This document shows, in pieces, positions 25,453 through 38,984 of a stretch of 64,000 nucleotides of DNA (its first letter is position 1; every line of letters starts with the position of its first letter). Below the pieces are notes generated by a model, which was given only the letters and a program-made list of their open reading frames with translations, searched no databases and was not told where the DNA came from. Position numbers and translations under genes: made by a program. Origin of the DNA: Paraspadella gotoi (taxonomy: Eukaryota; Animalia; Chaetognatha); the NCBI GenBank assembly GCA_051294375.1, contig CM119266.1:16238087-16302086 (forward strand), given 5' to 3'.

Positions 25453-28171
25453 AGTCCAAAGGGAAGACGCGAGATTCGTCTCACTGGATTTTTCGCTCTC
25501 ATCGTAAGTCGGGCTTTTTTCTTTGTCGACTCTTCTCTCACATTCTGTTTCTCTTACCTCACTGACGCGTTACCCCGTTCGCAGCTGGACCTCCTCCGTC
25601 TGGAGATCACCTCCATCTCGGTCCCGGTCTTCGGCACCCTCGCCAACGTGCTCGTCGAGCAGTCGTGGACGGTCAGCCTCGCATCGGACGATTTCGTGGA
25701 GGAGATGGTAAAGGGTCTTCAATCGGATAACAACTCGATGCAAAAGTCTTGCGCCGACTGCATCATGAACCTGGTGGAGTCAGACACGGGCAAGCAGGCC
25801 GTCGTGCGGAACCTAGGAGCCTTGCAGGTGGAGGATGAGTGTGGCGTGAAATAGTAGTGATAGGAAGTGTAATCAATTATAAAATTTAAATAATACGACG
25901 CAATTTTTATCTCCATCTCGTGTTATTTCTTTTAACTCCAGAGGCTGCTCAAGCTGCTCCAGCAAAACAACCCAGCGACGACGGTGACGACAGCGCCGGC
26001 TACGGATCGAAAAGTCAGGGGGCGTAATTTACGGATGACGCCGAGCGTGGAAGAAGCGCAGAATAGGAAAGCGCTTGACGAACACATCAAGTTTCGAGAG
26101 CAGGTGAGTCTTGATTTTTGGAACCGGTTGGTCAGGATTTATGAGTTTTCGTCATTGAATGGATACATTTATGAATCCAGATTTACGATTTTCACCTTCT
26201 TTAGTACATATGTTCATTCGTTAATTCGTGAAGGTGGCCATCAGTATCTCTGGCGCCTTATGGAAATGTTGCATCTCAGAAGAAAACGTAGCCGCCATCC
26301 AGAAGCTTGGGGGTCTGGGCGCATTCATCGCCACGTTGGACGGCATCAACAAGATGGCGGACAAAGAGCGACCGAACATCACCAAGATCCGGATGCATTT
26401 GGCTGGCGCTTTAGCGGGCGAGTGTAAAGGCTGAAGGATGGAGAGGAATAAAATTATTAATAAATATAATATAGAAGGTTGCTGAGGATGCTCTGATTCT
26501 TTAAAAAAATATGTAAAGGTTTTTGGCTTAAAATAACTGGAAATTATTATATTTTGAACAGCTAAAGAGAAAAAAGTTTGATATTTTGTGCCCCCCCCCT
26601 TTTTTTATTTCGGACAGAGTGTTCCAAGTTCGAAAACGCTCGGCGCGCGATCGGTTCTGGCGGCGGCATCTCGCAGATGGTTCAACTGCTGCAGTCGACT
26701 GAAAACGCTCTGCTGGTGCGAGTGGCCGAAGCTGTCGGGAATTTGGCGCGAGAGGAAGCGAACAATCGATCGATCATTGACTGCAACTTCGTCGATCCCT
26801 TCAACCCTAACAAGTGGGTCGAGTTGAGGAGGATGTTGGGTTAAGACAGAGGTCGCTTTTGGCAGTTGGGAATAGAGACGGAAAGTAACAGAGGGCGAAC
26901 GATTGTTTTTAAAAAAACTATCATTATATTTTTCAGACGCTTATACCTCAATGGACCTCGGCTGCTTTTTTCTCTGCTGAAGAAACCCGATCCGGCGGTG
27001 CAGGCGATGGCGGCTTGGGCGGCCTGTCGCTTGCTGGAGACGGCCTCGAATCCCGAAGGTGAGATTTCAGAACCGGCATCGCTATCTGAACTATTACGGA
27101 TCCCAACTAGATATTTACTTTCATGGATTCAATTTTGTTAATTAGAATTATTATTGTTTTTGACGATTTACAAATTGTTCAAAGTTTTTTAACCAATTAT
27201 ATTTAACCACCATTTGCGATGATGATTGACTCTGTTTCGACAGAAATTTCCCGAGAGCTGATCGGAGGTCTCGAGCTGATCGTCCTGTTGCTGGCGCAGT
27301 CGCAGGACGAGAACGTCCTCTCCGAAGTATGCAACCTCATCGGGGTCATCGCCCTCGACGAGGAGAATCTCTCGGTCATGACGGACTACGGGGTCGTGCC
27401 CACGCTGGCCAGGTCAGGAACTGGTCAACCCCCGCTTTCAATAATAGCAGATCGTGGCCATCCAGTTGAAAAAAAGCTGACATTATCTTTGTCTACTTGC
27501 AACACTCGTATAACCTTACTGTTTTCTAATTCTTTTTCCACGTTCTATTTTCCCGAAGAAACTCAAACACGCCGAACAAGACTCTCATGGCTTCGCTCAG
27601 TTTCGCGATCGGCAGATGCTGTTTGCGTTGGCAGAACCGAGCGGCTTTCGGCAAGGAAGACACGGTTGCGAGCATGGTACTTAATTGTTTGTTGTTTTTT
27701 GTTTTTTTTTATTTGATTGATTATTCTTAATCGGTTATTTGATTGATCTATCGCTTGAATGAATTTGATTGCGCTACTGTTATTCTGTTTTAGGTTAATT
27801 ATCTCAAACACAACGACCCAATAATCAACAAGGAGGCGGCCGTGGCTCTCTACGAACTCTCAAGGTTGTTGTCAGGATTTGTCGAATAACTTTTCTCCGA
27901 GTAAACGTTATAAAAGTCCCTTTTTTTCAACTCAGATTTCCCCACAACGCGATAGAGATTCACCAATCGGGCGGCGTTAAACTCTTGTTGCCTCTCATCG
28001 GTGAACAGGACAAAATGATGCAAGAAGCAGCGGCGGGTGAGAGACAGTGAGATGTACGCAAATGTTTCTCATTAAATTTTCATTGTTCTCGTTTTTTTTT
28101 CGAACTCAGGCTGCATTCTTAACATTCGTAAGCTAGCTCTGGCCAACGATATGTTCTTGACGAGTAAGTAA
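22815..28171 (+). CDS. ARMC4: Armadillo-repeat protein ARMC4/ODAD2 (outer dynein arm docking; gudu-like), multi-exon
   Basis: Hand-spliced from ATG 22815 (MDEEEQ|gt). Acidic exons lead to ESADLTWDIQRLMRVLRAGNQTATVIALC (24231-24342), later exons give LSVMTDYGVVPTLAR, AIGRCCLRWQNRAAFG and MMQEAAAGCILNIRKLALANDMFLTSK* (stop 28169-28171). These match ARMC4 motifs as I recall them (GGNQTATVIALC; QEAAAGCISNIRRLALA). One exon (25173-25300) is frameshifted. Confidence 0.9.
24413..24462. repeat. 7-bp tandem repeat (TGCTCAG/TGCTCAC), about seven copies, in an ARMC4 intron
   Basis: CTGCTCACTGCTCAGTGCTCAGTGATCACTGCTCAGTGCTCAGTGCTCA. Confidence 0.85.
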
Positions 28172-29492
28172 ACCCCGCTGAGCGACTTCGAGCATGAATT
28201 AAAACGTTGATGAATTTGTGATTCTAAAAATGATATAAAAATATTGATACTCCTTCAATTATTGTTTAAATCTAACTATTTAATAATATTAATTGTTTTT
28301 GCCAGGGACATCTAAAGCTGAAAGAGAGTTTTCTCGGGCGAACAGGAAAGAGTATACGTGAAAACGGTTTGAAGATTAAAGCAAAATTAAATTCCGATTA
28401 CAAAATCTGTCCATTTTTAGAATAAAAGTGGATAGCATAAAATACAATAAGATACAATATAATATTGTCATTCACTAATTAACTTTTTTTAACTAACTTT
28501 CTGACCTTTGGTCATTTTCTTGAGTGGCTCTATATTTCATCGTCGTCGTCGTTTTTTCGCTGATGCCCTAATAAGGAGCGAGAGAAAGANNNNNNNNNNN
28601 NNNNNNNNNNNNNNNNNNNNNNNNNNNNNNNNNNNNNNNNNNNNNNNNNNNNNNNNNNNNNNNNNNNNNNNNNNNNNNNNNNNNNNNNNNNNNNNNNNNN
28701 NNNNNNNNNNNNNNNNNNNNNNNNNNNNNNNNNNNNNNNNNNNNNNNNNNNNNNNNNNNNNNNNNNNNNNNNNNNNNNNNNNNNNNNNNNNNNNNNNNNN
28801 NNNNNNNNNNNNNNNNNNNNNNGAGAGAGAGACAAAAAAGGACATTGATCGCGTGTGACGCCTAAAAATTCTTTAGCGTCGCTTTTCCCTTCTTTTCTTT
28901 TATCTTCTTTATTCTCTCTTTCTTTTTCTTTCAAATTTTATTTGGGCGATTTGTCTGGCGACAGTCGAAGCGACGAGGGAAGGAATGAGGAGTCGTCCTA
29001 CCTAAGTTTGGGGGGGGGGAGGGATGGAGAAAAGGGGGGCTGTGGGGAGTGGAGTAGAGGGTGGTTAGAGACTACTACTAAACTGTAGACTATACGATAT
29101 AGTGAGCGTAAAAAATTCTAACTTATAATATAATATCTACGAATTACATGAAAATCAATTGATATTTACACCAGTTTCCAAGACAGTTTTATTAGCTTGA
29201 AGGGTTTATTTCTTTTCTTTGTTTAAAACCTCTTACATAGTTCAATGTAACTAAAGTATACCAAAGCAAAAAAATACTTTTCTGTTACAAAATAAAAGGT
29301 TTTTTTTTTTAAAATTCGTTAAGTAATTACTCCATCACCCGATCCCCACAGCGAACACCTCTTTCCTTAGACGTAAATTTTCGGGAAATTTCTCTCCCCG
29401 AAACAAATGTTTCCGCCCAATTAATTCTTTTCATCCCCGGATTTAAATATTTCTTTCTCTTGCTCTCCTGTCTCTCTCTCTCTCTCTCTCTC

Positions 29493-29549
29493 TTTTTTCA
29501 TCCCCGGATTTAAATTATTTCTTTTCTCTTGCTCTCCTGTCTCTCTTCT

Positions 29550-29612
<63 letters not shown>

Positions 29613-30087
29613 NNNNNNNNNNNNNNNNNNNNNNNNNNNNNNNNNNNNNNNNNNNNNNNNNNNNNNNNNNNNNNNNNNNNNNNNNNNNNNNNNNNNNNNN
29701 NNNNNNNNNNNNNNNNNNNNNNNTCTCTCTCTCCCCTCCCGACAGGAAATTCTCGTGTAAGAGGCAGGGATTTTATTCGTTTTGCTACGTGTAAAGGACG
29801 ACGGCAACGACCGTGACAACGACAAATACGGGGAGGTTGACGACGACGACGACGACGACCACGAAGACGACGGCCGGAAATGACGCTAATTACGTTGAGC
29901 AGAAAATGAGGCTGACTCTCGTTAAAAAAAAAAAGAAGTGGAAAAAAAAAAGACGTGAGAAACGAAAATAGAAACACTTTTCAGAACCCGAATGTATTAG
30001 TGAATCTTTTCTCGTTTTATGCTTTGTTTGTTATATTTAGTATTTTCCCTGTTTTGGTCAGGACACTCGTTCAGTCGGTCGGTCGGT
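29493..30087 (+). repeat. Segment duplicated in direct orientation at ~38849-39354
   Basis: Both copies run TTTTTCATCCCCGGATTTAAATTATTTC...(CT)n...CCCTCCCGACAGGAAATTCTCG...GTCGGTCGGTCGGT; the second is indel-rich. Confidence 0.85.
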
Positions 30088-30112
30088 NNNNNNNNNNNNN
30101 NNNNNNNNNNNN

Positions 30113-33100
30113 CTCGGCTCGCGCCTCGGCGGCGGACTGCGTGTGCGCGCGGGCGTGTTTCGGCTCCGCCTCCCGGCTGGCCCCTCTGTCCGGTCCATTG
30201 TTCTTTCGGCATCCGCTCGACCTTTCCGGGTACCCGCCTGCAACTCCCGCCCTCTCACCCTCTCCTTTGGTTATGCCGTTCCTTTCCTCGTCTTACGCCT
30301 TCTCGCTTGCCTCTTCCTTCTACAAACCGCATTTCTTCTCTCTCTCTCTTCCTTCTTTCTGGGATGCCTTCTTTCCTTTCGGCGTCCTATTCGTATCGTC
30401 CTTTGCCTCGCCTTTTTCCTGTCTTCTACCCATTTCTTGTTTTCACCGCCCCTCTCTGCGCCACACGGCTCCCGGGCTCCTCCCGCGCGCAGCTTCGACC
30501 GCGCGCGCCGATTTCCACAGCTCTCCTGCCGCACGGCATCTCCCTGCTTACCTGCTTCCGTCACCATCATTTTTATCTTCTCTTTTTTTTCCCTCCTACC
30601 GCATCTTCTTCCCGCCCCTCACTATCACGGTTTCCGGGTCCCCGCCCGCCCTTGCTATTCGCAGCCATCTATCCTCGCGTTCCTCGTTTCTCTTTTTTTC
30701 GGGCGGGGGGGGGGGCCCCCTGGCGCGCCACACGTCGCGCCCTGCCCGCTCCATACGCGGTGCACTCGCACGCCGCTGGGCGCGGTAAGCGCGTCCTCCC
30801 CCACTTTCGCTCAATCCCTTATTTTTGCCGTCCTGCCCGCGCCGTTTGCTTCCTTCTCAGGCCCCCCCCGCAGCCCATCGAGGCAGCGCGCGCGGACCGC
30901 GCCGGGGTTTGGGGGTCCGCGTCCCAGTCATCAGGATTCCTGACGCAGACTACTGCCTCTCGCACGCAGGCGAGTCGTTCCTCTTGGCATCACTAGATGG
31001 CCGCGTATCGGCTAGTTTGGCGCTACGGGGGTTCGCCCCCCACCCCCCGGAGGCCGCCCACCGGCGAGCCCGACATTCCCCATGCGCCATCGCACCTCAC
31101 TCACCTCTCGGCTGGACTGCGCACCCCATTACGCCACCACTCCAGCCGCTGCGGATACACGGCCTGCAGCGCTCCTTGTTGCGAGGCTCGCGCCGTAGTT
31201 GCCACGTCTAGCCACGCGGGCGAGTCGTGGGGTTTGCTCATGGGGCCGGGTGGGGGCCCGTCGGGGTTGGTTGGCCGGCCGGTGGGCGGCCGGGCCCTAC
31301 GCGGGCCCGCCCCTCACTTATTTCGGGCCATTCTTTTACGCAGCCCGCCGCCTTTTCCCCGTCACGTCGCCGTCGCCGTCGTCGTCGTCGTCGTCGTCGA
31401 CCCGCCCGCGCCTTTATCCTCTCCTCCCTTTTTGGCGGCGGCGTCCGACGTTGGGGCACGGGGGGGGTGCCGTAACTTGGAGGTCCGCCGGAGTCCCGGC
31501 TCAATGACGCCGCGCCTTTGAGGGCCCTCGGGCGCCTCGCGGCGCACGGGTGGCCGCCTGTTCTTATGCTTACCCCTTTTCATTTTTTTGCCCGCGCCAC
31601 CTTCCCCGTCCCTCCGCTCATCGTCGTTTACGAGATTATCCCACCTTCACGCCTCCAGCCCGCCGCCCCGGTTTGGCCCCCAACCCCCCCCAGCCCCCCC
31701 CCTCCACTCCCTTCTTTTCCTTTTCTGTGTCGCCGCCTCCCAGGGGGGGTCACCACCGTCGCCGCCTGCCGCCCGACGCTGGGCCCAGAGCCGCCTTGTG
31801 GCCGCCTCGCACCACCCGCCCGCATTTTTGGCGGTCGTACCGGATGTCGCGCCGCTTGCTTCACGGCCGCCGCTGCCGCCGCCCGCCCCCACAACGACCC
31901 CATCAGCCACCAGGCCACGGCGCGCCCCGTTACCGCTGCCCCTCTCCAGCTCTCCTTTTGTTTACACGCCCTCACCACCCACTGTACTTCGCTCCCACTC
32001 TCCCCCCTCTACGCCCATTCTCACCCACCTACTGCGCTCCCATTTCTCCCCCATTCTCGCTCACACCTTCTCCCCCCACTCTCATACCATGCCTTGCCAG
32101 CCACCTTTTCCCCGGCCACTATTATCATCCCTCCCGCACCCCTTCGCACCGCCTTTCCTCCTTGCACCGGTGCCGACCCCCACTTGCCCCTCACCTACGG
32201 CCTCCCCTTTGCTCCATCGATCTCCGATGTCGTTTTCTCTCCAGTTTGCCTCTTAAGCCTCTTTGTGCCTCCTTTGCGTCGTCCCCTCTTCACTTCTCAC
32301 CCGTCACGCCCCCTCACCTTTCGCCCGGACATCGGTCCACCCCTGGGTCCCTGCGTCGCCCGCTCGTCAACGCCCTCGCCTTCCACCACCATTCGTCCGC
32401 GCCCGTTGTTTCCGTGCGCTGGCCCTGCACCCTCCTCACCCCACCCTACAGGTCGCCCGGCGGGTACACGTTTCACTCCCGTCTACCTTTCGGCGGCTTA
32501 TTTTTTGATTTCTCCCTTCCCCGGGACCCTTCGCAGTCCCAGTCTATTTTTCCAACCGCCGCCGTTTCCCCCCTCTGCCCCCCCCCTTCCACCTTTTTCA
32601 TTTCCTCTCGCCATCCATGACACCCGCTCAGCCCTTCACTTTGGCCCCCTTCTTCCCGCTTCTTCCGCCCGATCCCCGCTCTTTGCCTTCTCCCTCCGAC
32701 TTGCCAGCCGTTGTCCAGCCGTATTCCTCCTTGTTCCTCACTCTCCCTACCCTTCCATGTCGCTTCGTTCCTTGGTCGCCCATTAACCGGTTTCCTTCGT
32801 GCACCGCACCATTTTCCTTTTTCCCGCCATAAAAAAAAAACATAACAAAAACAAAAGACGACCAAGGTCCTTTCTTTTTTTTCGCAGGCCGAGGCGGCGC
32901 GCCGCGCCCGGCAGGCCCCGACCGCCGCCCGCTGCGCCGCTGTCGGCGCCCGCAGGCGTGAGCGGCGTGCGTGTTGCTTTCTCTTTTTCCTTTCGGGTTG
33001 CGGGGCGGACGCCGGGGCCGCAGGCGGCGCGGTCACTTCGCGGTCGCGCAGTCGGACCGCGCCTTCGTCGGCTGCGCGCCGTTTGCTGGTTTTTTCCGTC

Positions 33101-35400
33101 TGCCACGCCCCCACCGCGGGCGGTGCTGCCCGGGGCGGCGCCGGTAGCGGCGCCGGCGGGCGGCCGCGGCGGCCCATAGCCTTTTGTTTTCGCCCCGTTT
33201 CTACACGCGCGCTTCTCTCTACTCTCATCTCAGTCTCTCCCTCTCTCTCTCTCTTCTCTCTCTCCTCATCTCTCTCTCTAATCTCTCTCTCTCTCTTCTC
33301 TCTCGCTCTCCTCCACGGTCCCTGCAGGTCCGCCAGCCCCTCCGCACGTTAGGTGCGCTCCCCCCGCGCCCCGGTCTCCCCGGCTCTCCTCCAGTTGCCC
33401 CCCTCTGGCTTCCTCCCATGTCTCCTTCCCTCACGCCCAACCCCCTCCTCCCCGGTTCCCCCATCCCAGCCTCCTCTCTCGCCCCTTGCTAGTAGTTCGT
33501 CCAGCAGCGGCTTTTCCTCTTCTGCGCCTACTTCCCGCTCGGCGTCCTCCCGTCCCTTCCGCCCCCTGACCTTTTCGCTCCGTTCGCCGGCGCTGTCGCT
33601 CCCGTCGTCGCTGTGGTATTGTTTTGGCTGGCGCCGCTTGCGCACGACCTCTGGCTTTCCCACGCCTCCACGCGCTGGCAGATACCTTGCGGTCGTCTAT
33701 TTCCCTTTCTCTTGCCTTCCCCTGGCCTCATCCCTACCTTCATTTCCCGCCCCCTCTCCTACCCTCCATTGCGCCCGTATCTGCTACCGGTTCCGATCCT
33801 CCTCCGCACGGCCTGCTTGCCCGTCGCTCACGCCATCCGTCCCCCGGCTTCGGGCTTGCCATGCCCGCATCGAGCGGCCCACCTTCTTTGCCAATCGAGA
33901 TTGCTATCTCCGTCTTCGCCGCCACCTTTCCCCTCTCCTCTCACCCACTGGCCACTCGCCGCAGTGCCGCGCAGCGCGCGCGACCCAATACCGTCTCTCT
34001 CTCCTCCTCACCTTCCACCCACCACCAGCCAGCACCGCGCTCCACCTCAGGGCTTCCTATACCTGTCACGCATGACAGCAAAGCCACTCACACCTCGCGC
34101 TCGTCGTTTACTTGCCTTTTGCTTCCCCGACCTCGCTTATGGATTCCGTGCGCGCCCGCGGTGTGCTTGGCTCTCAGTCTCACAGGCCATCTTATCGTCG
34201 TTCTCAGCGTCGCCGCCCCCGGTGCATCTTCGCGCGCCTCTCGCGCGCCTCTGGCGAGGTTGCTCTTTTTTCTTACGCTAACCCCGCTACACATCTGCGC
34301 GGAACGTCCCCGCTGCAGCACCGGCAGGTCCCGCGTACCCCGTGCGGCCCTCTTCTTGTACCCGCGCACCTCCCCGCCTGCTTCCGTCACTTCCGTCATC
34401 CTGTTCCACATGCCCCCGCTTTTACCGTCTCCCCCGCGCCTTGCCACTTCCGCCCCCCCACGAGCTGCCCCCGCCCGCAATCCTCGCCAGCCTCCCTTCT
34501 ATCCTCCGCCCCTCTGATTCCTCGTTCCCGTCCTTTGGCGACCATACTGCCGACCTCCGCTCCTGTTTGCGTTTTAACCCCTCCGCCACGAACTAACACC
34601 CACCTTCCATTCAGCACTCAGACAAGGCCCGCGCGCTCGGGACTACCCGCTTTGTGCCCTTCCATTCTCTCTTCCTTTCTGTCTATCTTCAGCAGTATAA
34701 TTCATACTATTTCTATTCCTTCTTTACCCTTCTTTTGGCATCTGGCGCGACGCGAGCTGCGGCGAACGAACGCAGCGTCCTGAGAGCGACGTCGCGCGAC
34801 GCGCCATGCGCGAGATGCGTCGACGCGACGCTGACAGAGCGCGAGCGCGACATTCGCGCGCCGGCGAATGTGACGCGGCGCGCGGCAGATGGTACGTAGA
34901 CTTCATGCTCCACGCGCGTCCGGCTCTCCACCACGACCCACGACCACACCGATATCTTCACCATTCCAACGCCCACCATTTCGCCCGGCGGATCTTATCC
35001 CTAGTACTAGACCGACGTTTGAGCATGGTACTTTCTTTCTACGTTCTCTTCTCGTCTCTTATTGCTCTCGCCCATGCTGCTCTTCTTCTTACACTTGTAC
35101 GACACCTTCGCCCTCTCTTGTATACATCCGCTCCATGGCTTTCCGTACTCTCCACCTGCGCGTCTCCCGCGCTTGCACCCGCGCGTTGCCCGTCCTCCGG
35201 CGCCTGTCGTCCTTGGGCTGCTCCTATCGCCTGCTCACTCCTCGTTTGCCCACTTCTACGCTCTTTTACGTACTTTTGCATTGCCTCTTGCCATTCTATT
35301 AACTCTAGAGTCTTTCACGTAATCCCAGCCTACACATAGCTGCCATAAACCACACTCCCGTTCTTCAGGTCATCATCCTACTACTTCTCCTCCTCTAGCC
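30113..35400 (+). other. A-depleted, A-to-C converted copy of neighbouring sequence (probable low-quality read)
   Basis: Aligns by eye to the reverse complement of 44402-44690 and 44955-45330, with most A replaced by C plus indels. Confidence 0.85.
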
Positions 35401-36919
35401 AGCGATGAGATATTCATGTTATTAACACCGACGCGCTTCCCAGACAGTCCGACAGAATTCCCGATAGATGCTGCGCGAGATCACAATAATGATTTATATA
35501 TAGATATACGAGACTACTGACTGTGACGATATTGTGTTATGGTTTCGTACGATGCACGTCTCTGGATTATCAGTTCTCAAAACTGTGTCGCATATGTTGA
35601 AGATGATAAGTTGTTCGGCCAGAACACGCCGAACTCTCTTCCCCGTCATATTGCGTCAGGAACTTTTATGCACAGAGACGCATCCAAACACGAGCACGAT
35701 GTCAACGCTCGTCACAATGAGACGCGAGAGCGTGTCGTATTAGCGAGAATAGTTGCAATGTGATGATTTATTTAAAGAATATAGAATGCTTTGTTCTGGT
35801 AATTTATGAAGTTTTGAACAAAATAAAATACACGTCTGGCCTTTGCAAAAGCTGAAACTTGAAAGATACTAGAGATAGAAGTTTTTAAGAGAGATTAATA
35901 TAGTAAGCGGGTTCAGAAATTCCTTTAATTCTTCTTGATTATTATAATTGGCTAGAGTCCGCGCGTAGTTAGATAAGAACTCCTAAACAAATAGGACTAA
36001 GAATATATTGCGAAATAATTCTGAACAAAAGCATTACTTCCTAAAGAGTTGAAATATTAGAATGATAATCTAAGTTATGACGTGTGCTTCAAAACGATGT
36101 TGTGTATACCTCTGTTGGTTTCCAGGATGTTGACTAGCACCGTGTATGAAGAGATGATCTCCTTCACTGCAAAGCAGAAATCCAAGAGTCCAGAAAAGGT
36201 GATATTAATCAATTAGGTAATTAAATAAAGAGAGAATTTGTTTATCTTTTATATAATTTTTAAAAATGTCCATTATTTTTAAAACGTCCTGGAATTAAGT
36301 TATGGAAAGTGGCTTCGGCCACGTTTTTGTTTTTTTTCATTCAAACAGGAGCGGTTAATATCTATTTTTCGTCAGAAGAAAGGTCAAATCAACGATTGTA
36401 AAACACGAATTGAGAAAGGGATCTGGAGCAATCCAGTTAACCAGATATCATCTCTCCAGATGTTCAGTATGATTTTTTTCCATTTTTAGTCTACTACAAG
36501 GAATGCAAAATATCAGAAGAAAAAGGATTAATCTTAAATCTATCAGATTTTTCCAAGTTCAGCTTTGCGGTAAAGTACTTCATTTTAAAAAATCACTGCT
36601 CCGAAAAGGATGTTTTGATTTTAATAAACTTTATGCCAAACTTATCATCTTTCAATAAATTTACTTTAAATTTTTTTAAAAAAATTAAAGTATATCTAAT
36701 ATATATTATCTATATAGGGTAATTTTTAAAGTCTGAAATAAAGTGGCGCGATTTTTTTGCACATGACTGTATTTGAAAGACAGTATGAATTAATTAGCCA
36801 ACATACTAAAATAAAAAAGGTAATTAATCCGAAGAAAGGATTACCGCAACTGTGTTCGTGAATAATATTTAGAATCATGGGATAAATTAGGGGCTAACAA
36901 TTAAATAAATAGAGGAAAA

Positions 36920-36967
<48 letters not shown>

Positions 36968-38570
36968 AGGAAAGAAATGAAAGCAAAGCGTAAGCCTAGC
37001 GCCTCTGCCTCTGAATTCTTAATGAAGTTGTTTTTGCCTGAGTTAAAATCAAAACAGGATTCGGCAGAGTTTTAGAATTTTAGGAAATGAATAGGGAAAA
37101 GGGAGGCGGTGGGAGGGGGGGCGGAATGGCAAGGGAAGGAATTAAAAGTGGGATTGAAAGGAATGAATGAGATGGGATGGAAAGAAGAGGGATGAAGGAT
37201 GTTGCAAGAAAAGAAACGATTGTTAACATAATAGACTTGGTTCAGAAAGTAAATATTAGATATAATCACCTCTCAGAAAAACTAGGTTTGTCAATAATAA
37301 ACTACTATTTCGCTTGTATTTCTTCTCACGTGACAGTAATGAATCCCTTATTTGGGATTTTGCTCTGTGTTGGGTAAGGGGAGTNNNNNNNNNNNNNNNN
37401 NNNNNNNNNNNNNNNNNNNNNNNNNNNNNNNNNNNNNNNNNNNNNNNNNNNNNNNNNNNNNNNNNNNNNNNNNNNNNNNNNNNNNNNNNNNNNNNNNNNN
37501 NNNNNNNNNNNNNNNNNNNNNNNNNNNNNNNNNNNNNNNNNNNNNNNNNNNNNNNNNNNNNNNNNNNNNNNNNNNNNNNNNNNNNNNNNNNNNNNNNNNN
37601 NNNNCCGCCTCGCCGCACCTGCTCCGCCCCCTGGATCACGCCCTCTTTTTTTTCGGCAGACGAAAAACAGAAACGGCGCCGCAGCCGACAAAGTCGCTTC
37701 CGACGTCGCTACCGCTCATACCGCGCCGCCTCGGCCCCGGCGCCGCCCCTCAACCCTAAATTAAAAGAGAAAATCAACACTCACGCCGCCGCGCCGCTGC
37801 CGCCCACATCGTCGTCATCGTTCCGGTCGTTTCCGCCGTTCTCGTCGCTCCTGCCTCCCCTTCCGCTAAAAAAAAAAAAAAAGGACCGTCGCTAATTTTC
37901 GGGAAAAGGAAATGTTTCTTTCGCGAAAGGAAACCTTAATTTCGACCAATGAACGATCGACAATGAGGTATTTAGATTTAGGAACCAATGAGGAACGTCG
38001 ACAACTGCTAAATCGGAGGGACTAATCAAATATCGGGGAATCGGGCGGAAAGAAGCGGAATAAGGGTTCCAAATTTAATGGCATCGGTTTCGATGAGGGC
38101 GAGAGAAAGAAAAATGGAATTGGGTGTGGGGGGGGCAGAGGTGGAAACGGCGGCGGGAAAATATACGTGACTCTAATTTCGGTTAATGGATAAACAAAAA
38201 AATGCGAAATGAGACGGGATGAAACGGGACCCGCGGTCGACCGGATGGTTGGTGGATGATGGTTCAGGTCATCGCACGAAAACAACTTTTCGCTGACGAA
38301 TTCTTTTAATGATTTCGTGACTCATTGCGACTCATTGACCAGTTTGTACCGATGTCTAAATTTAGTTGCTGACTTTTATATTTAATATTGTGGACGACTC
38401 AAATATTCACAAATATTCATAATATTCAAACGGAGAAAACCGACATCGGATACAGGGATCATAAGTTTAGGCCGAGGGATGGCAAGGTTGGTTCACCGTT
38501 GCAGGATGAAATGTTGCAAGGTGGTCGTGGGAAAATATGGCGTGAAAATGGGCGTCAAGCAGGGATAATG

Positions 38571-38662
38571 GTGGATAATGGTAGCGATAAGGGTGGATAA
38601 AGGTAGCGATAAGGGTGGATAATGGTAACGATAAGGGTGGATAATGGTAGCGATAAGGGTGG
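38571..38662. repeat. 22-bp tandem repeat GTGGATAATGGTAGCGATAAGG, four copies
   Basis: Units start at 38571, 38593, 38615 and 38637 with single substitutions and no spacers. Confidence 0.9.
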
Positions 38663-38905
38663 AGTCGTAAAAAAAAGTGAGATAGTGTTTCATAGTTTTT
38701 TTTCTCTCCTTTTCCTTTTTGTCTATTTTTCTTTGGGTTTTTTTTTTCTTTCTTTTTCTTCATCTTTCTTTTTCGCTTTAATCAGCGTCGACGACCTTAC
38801 GACCCGCCAAAAACTTTCGGGGGAGGCGGCACAGGCGGCGGCGGCGGCTTTTTTCATCCCCGGATTTAAATTATTTCTTTTCTCTTGCTCTCCTGTCTCT
38901 CTTCT

Positions 38906-38984
<79 letters not shown>

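Noticed and set aside
38571-38662. 22-bp repeats as a CRISPR-like array
   Set aside because: Head-to-tail units without spacers, no cas genes, eukaryotic context.
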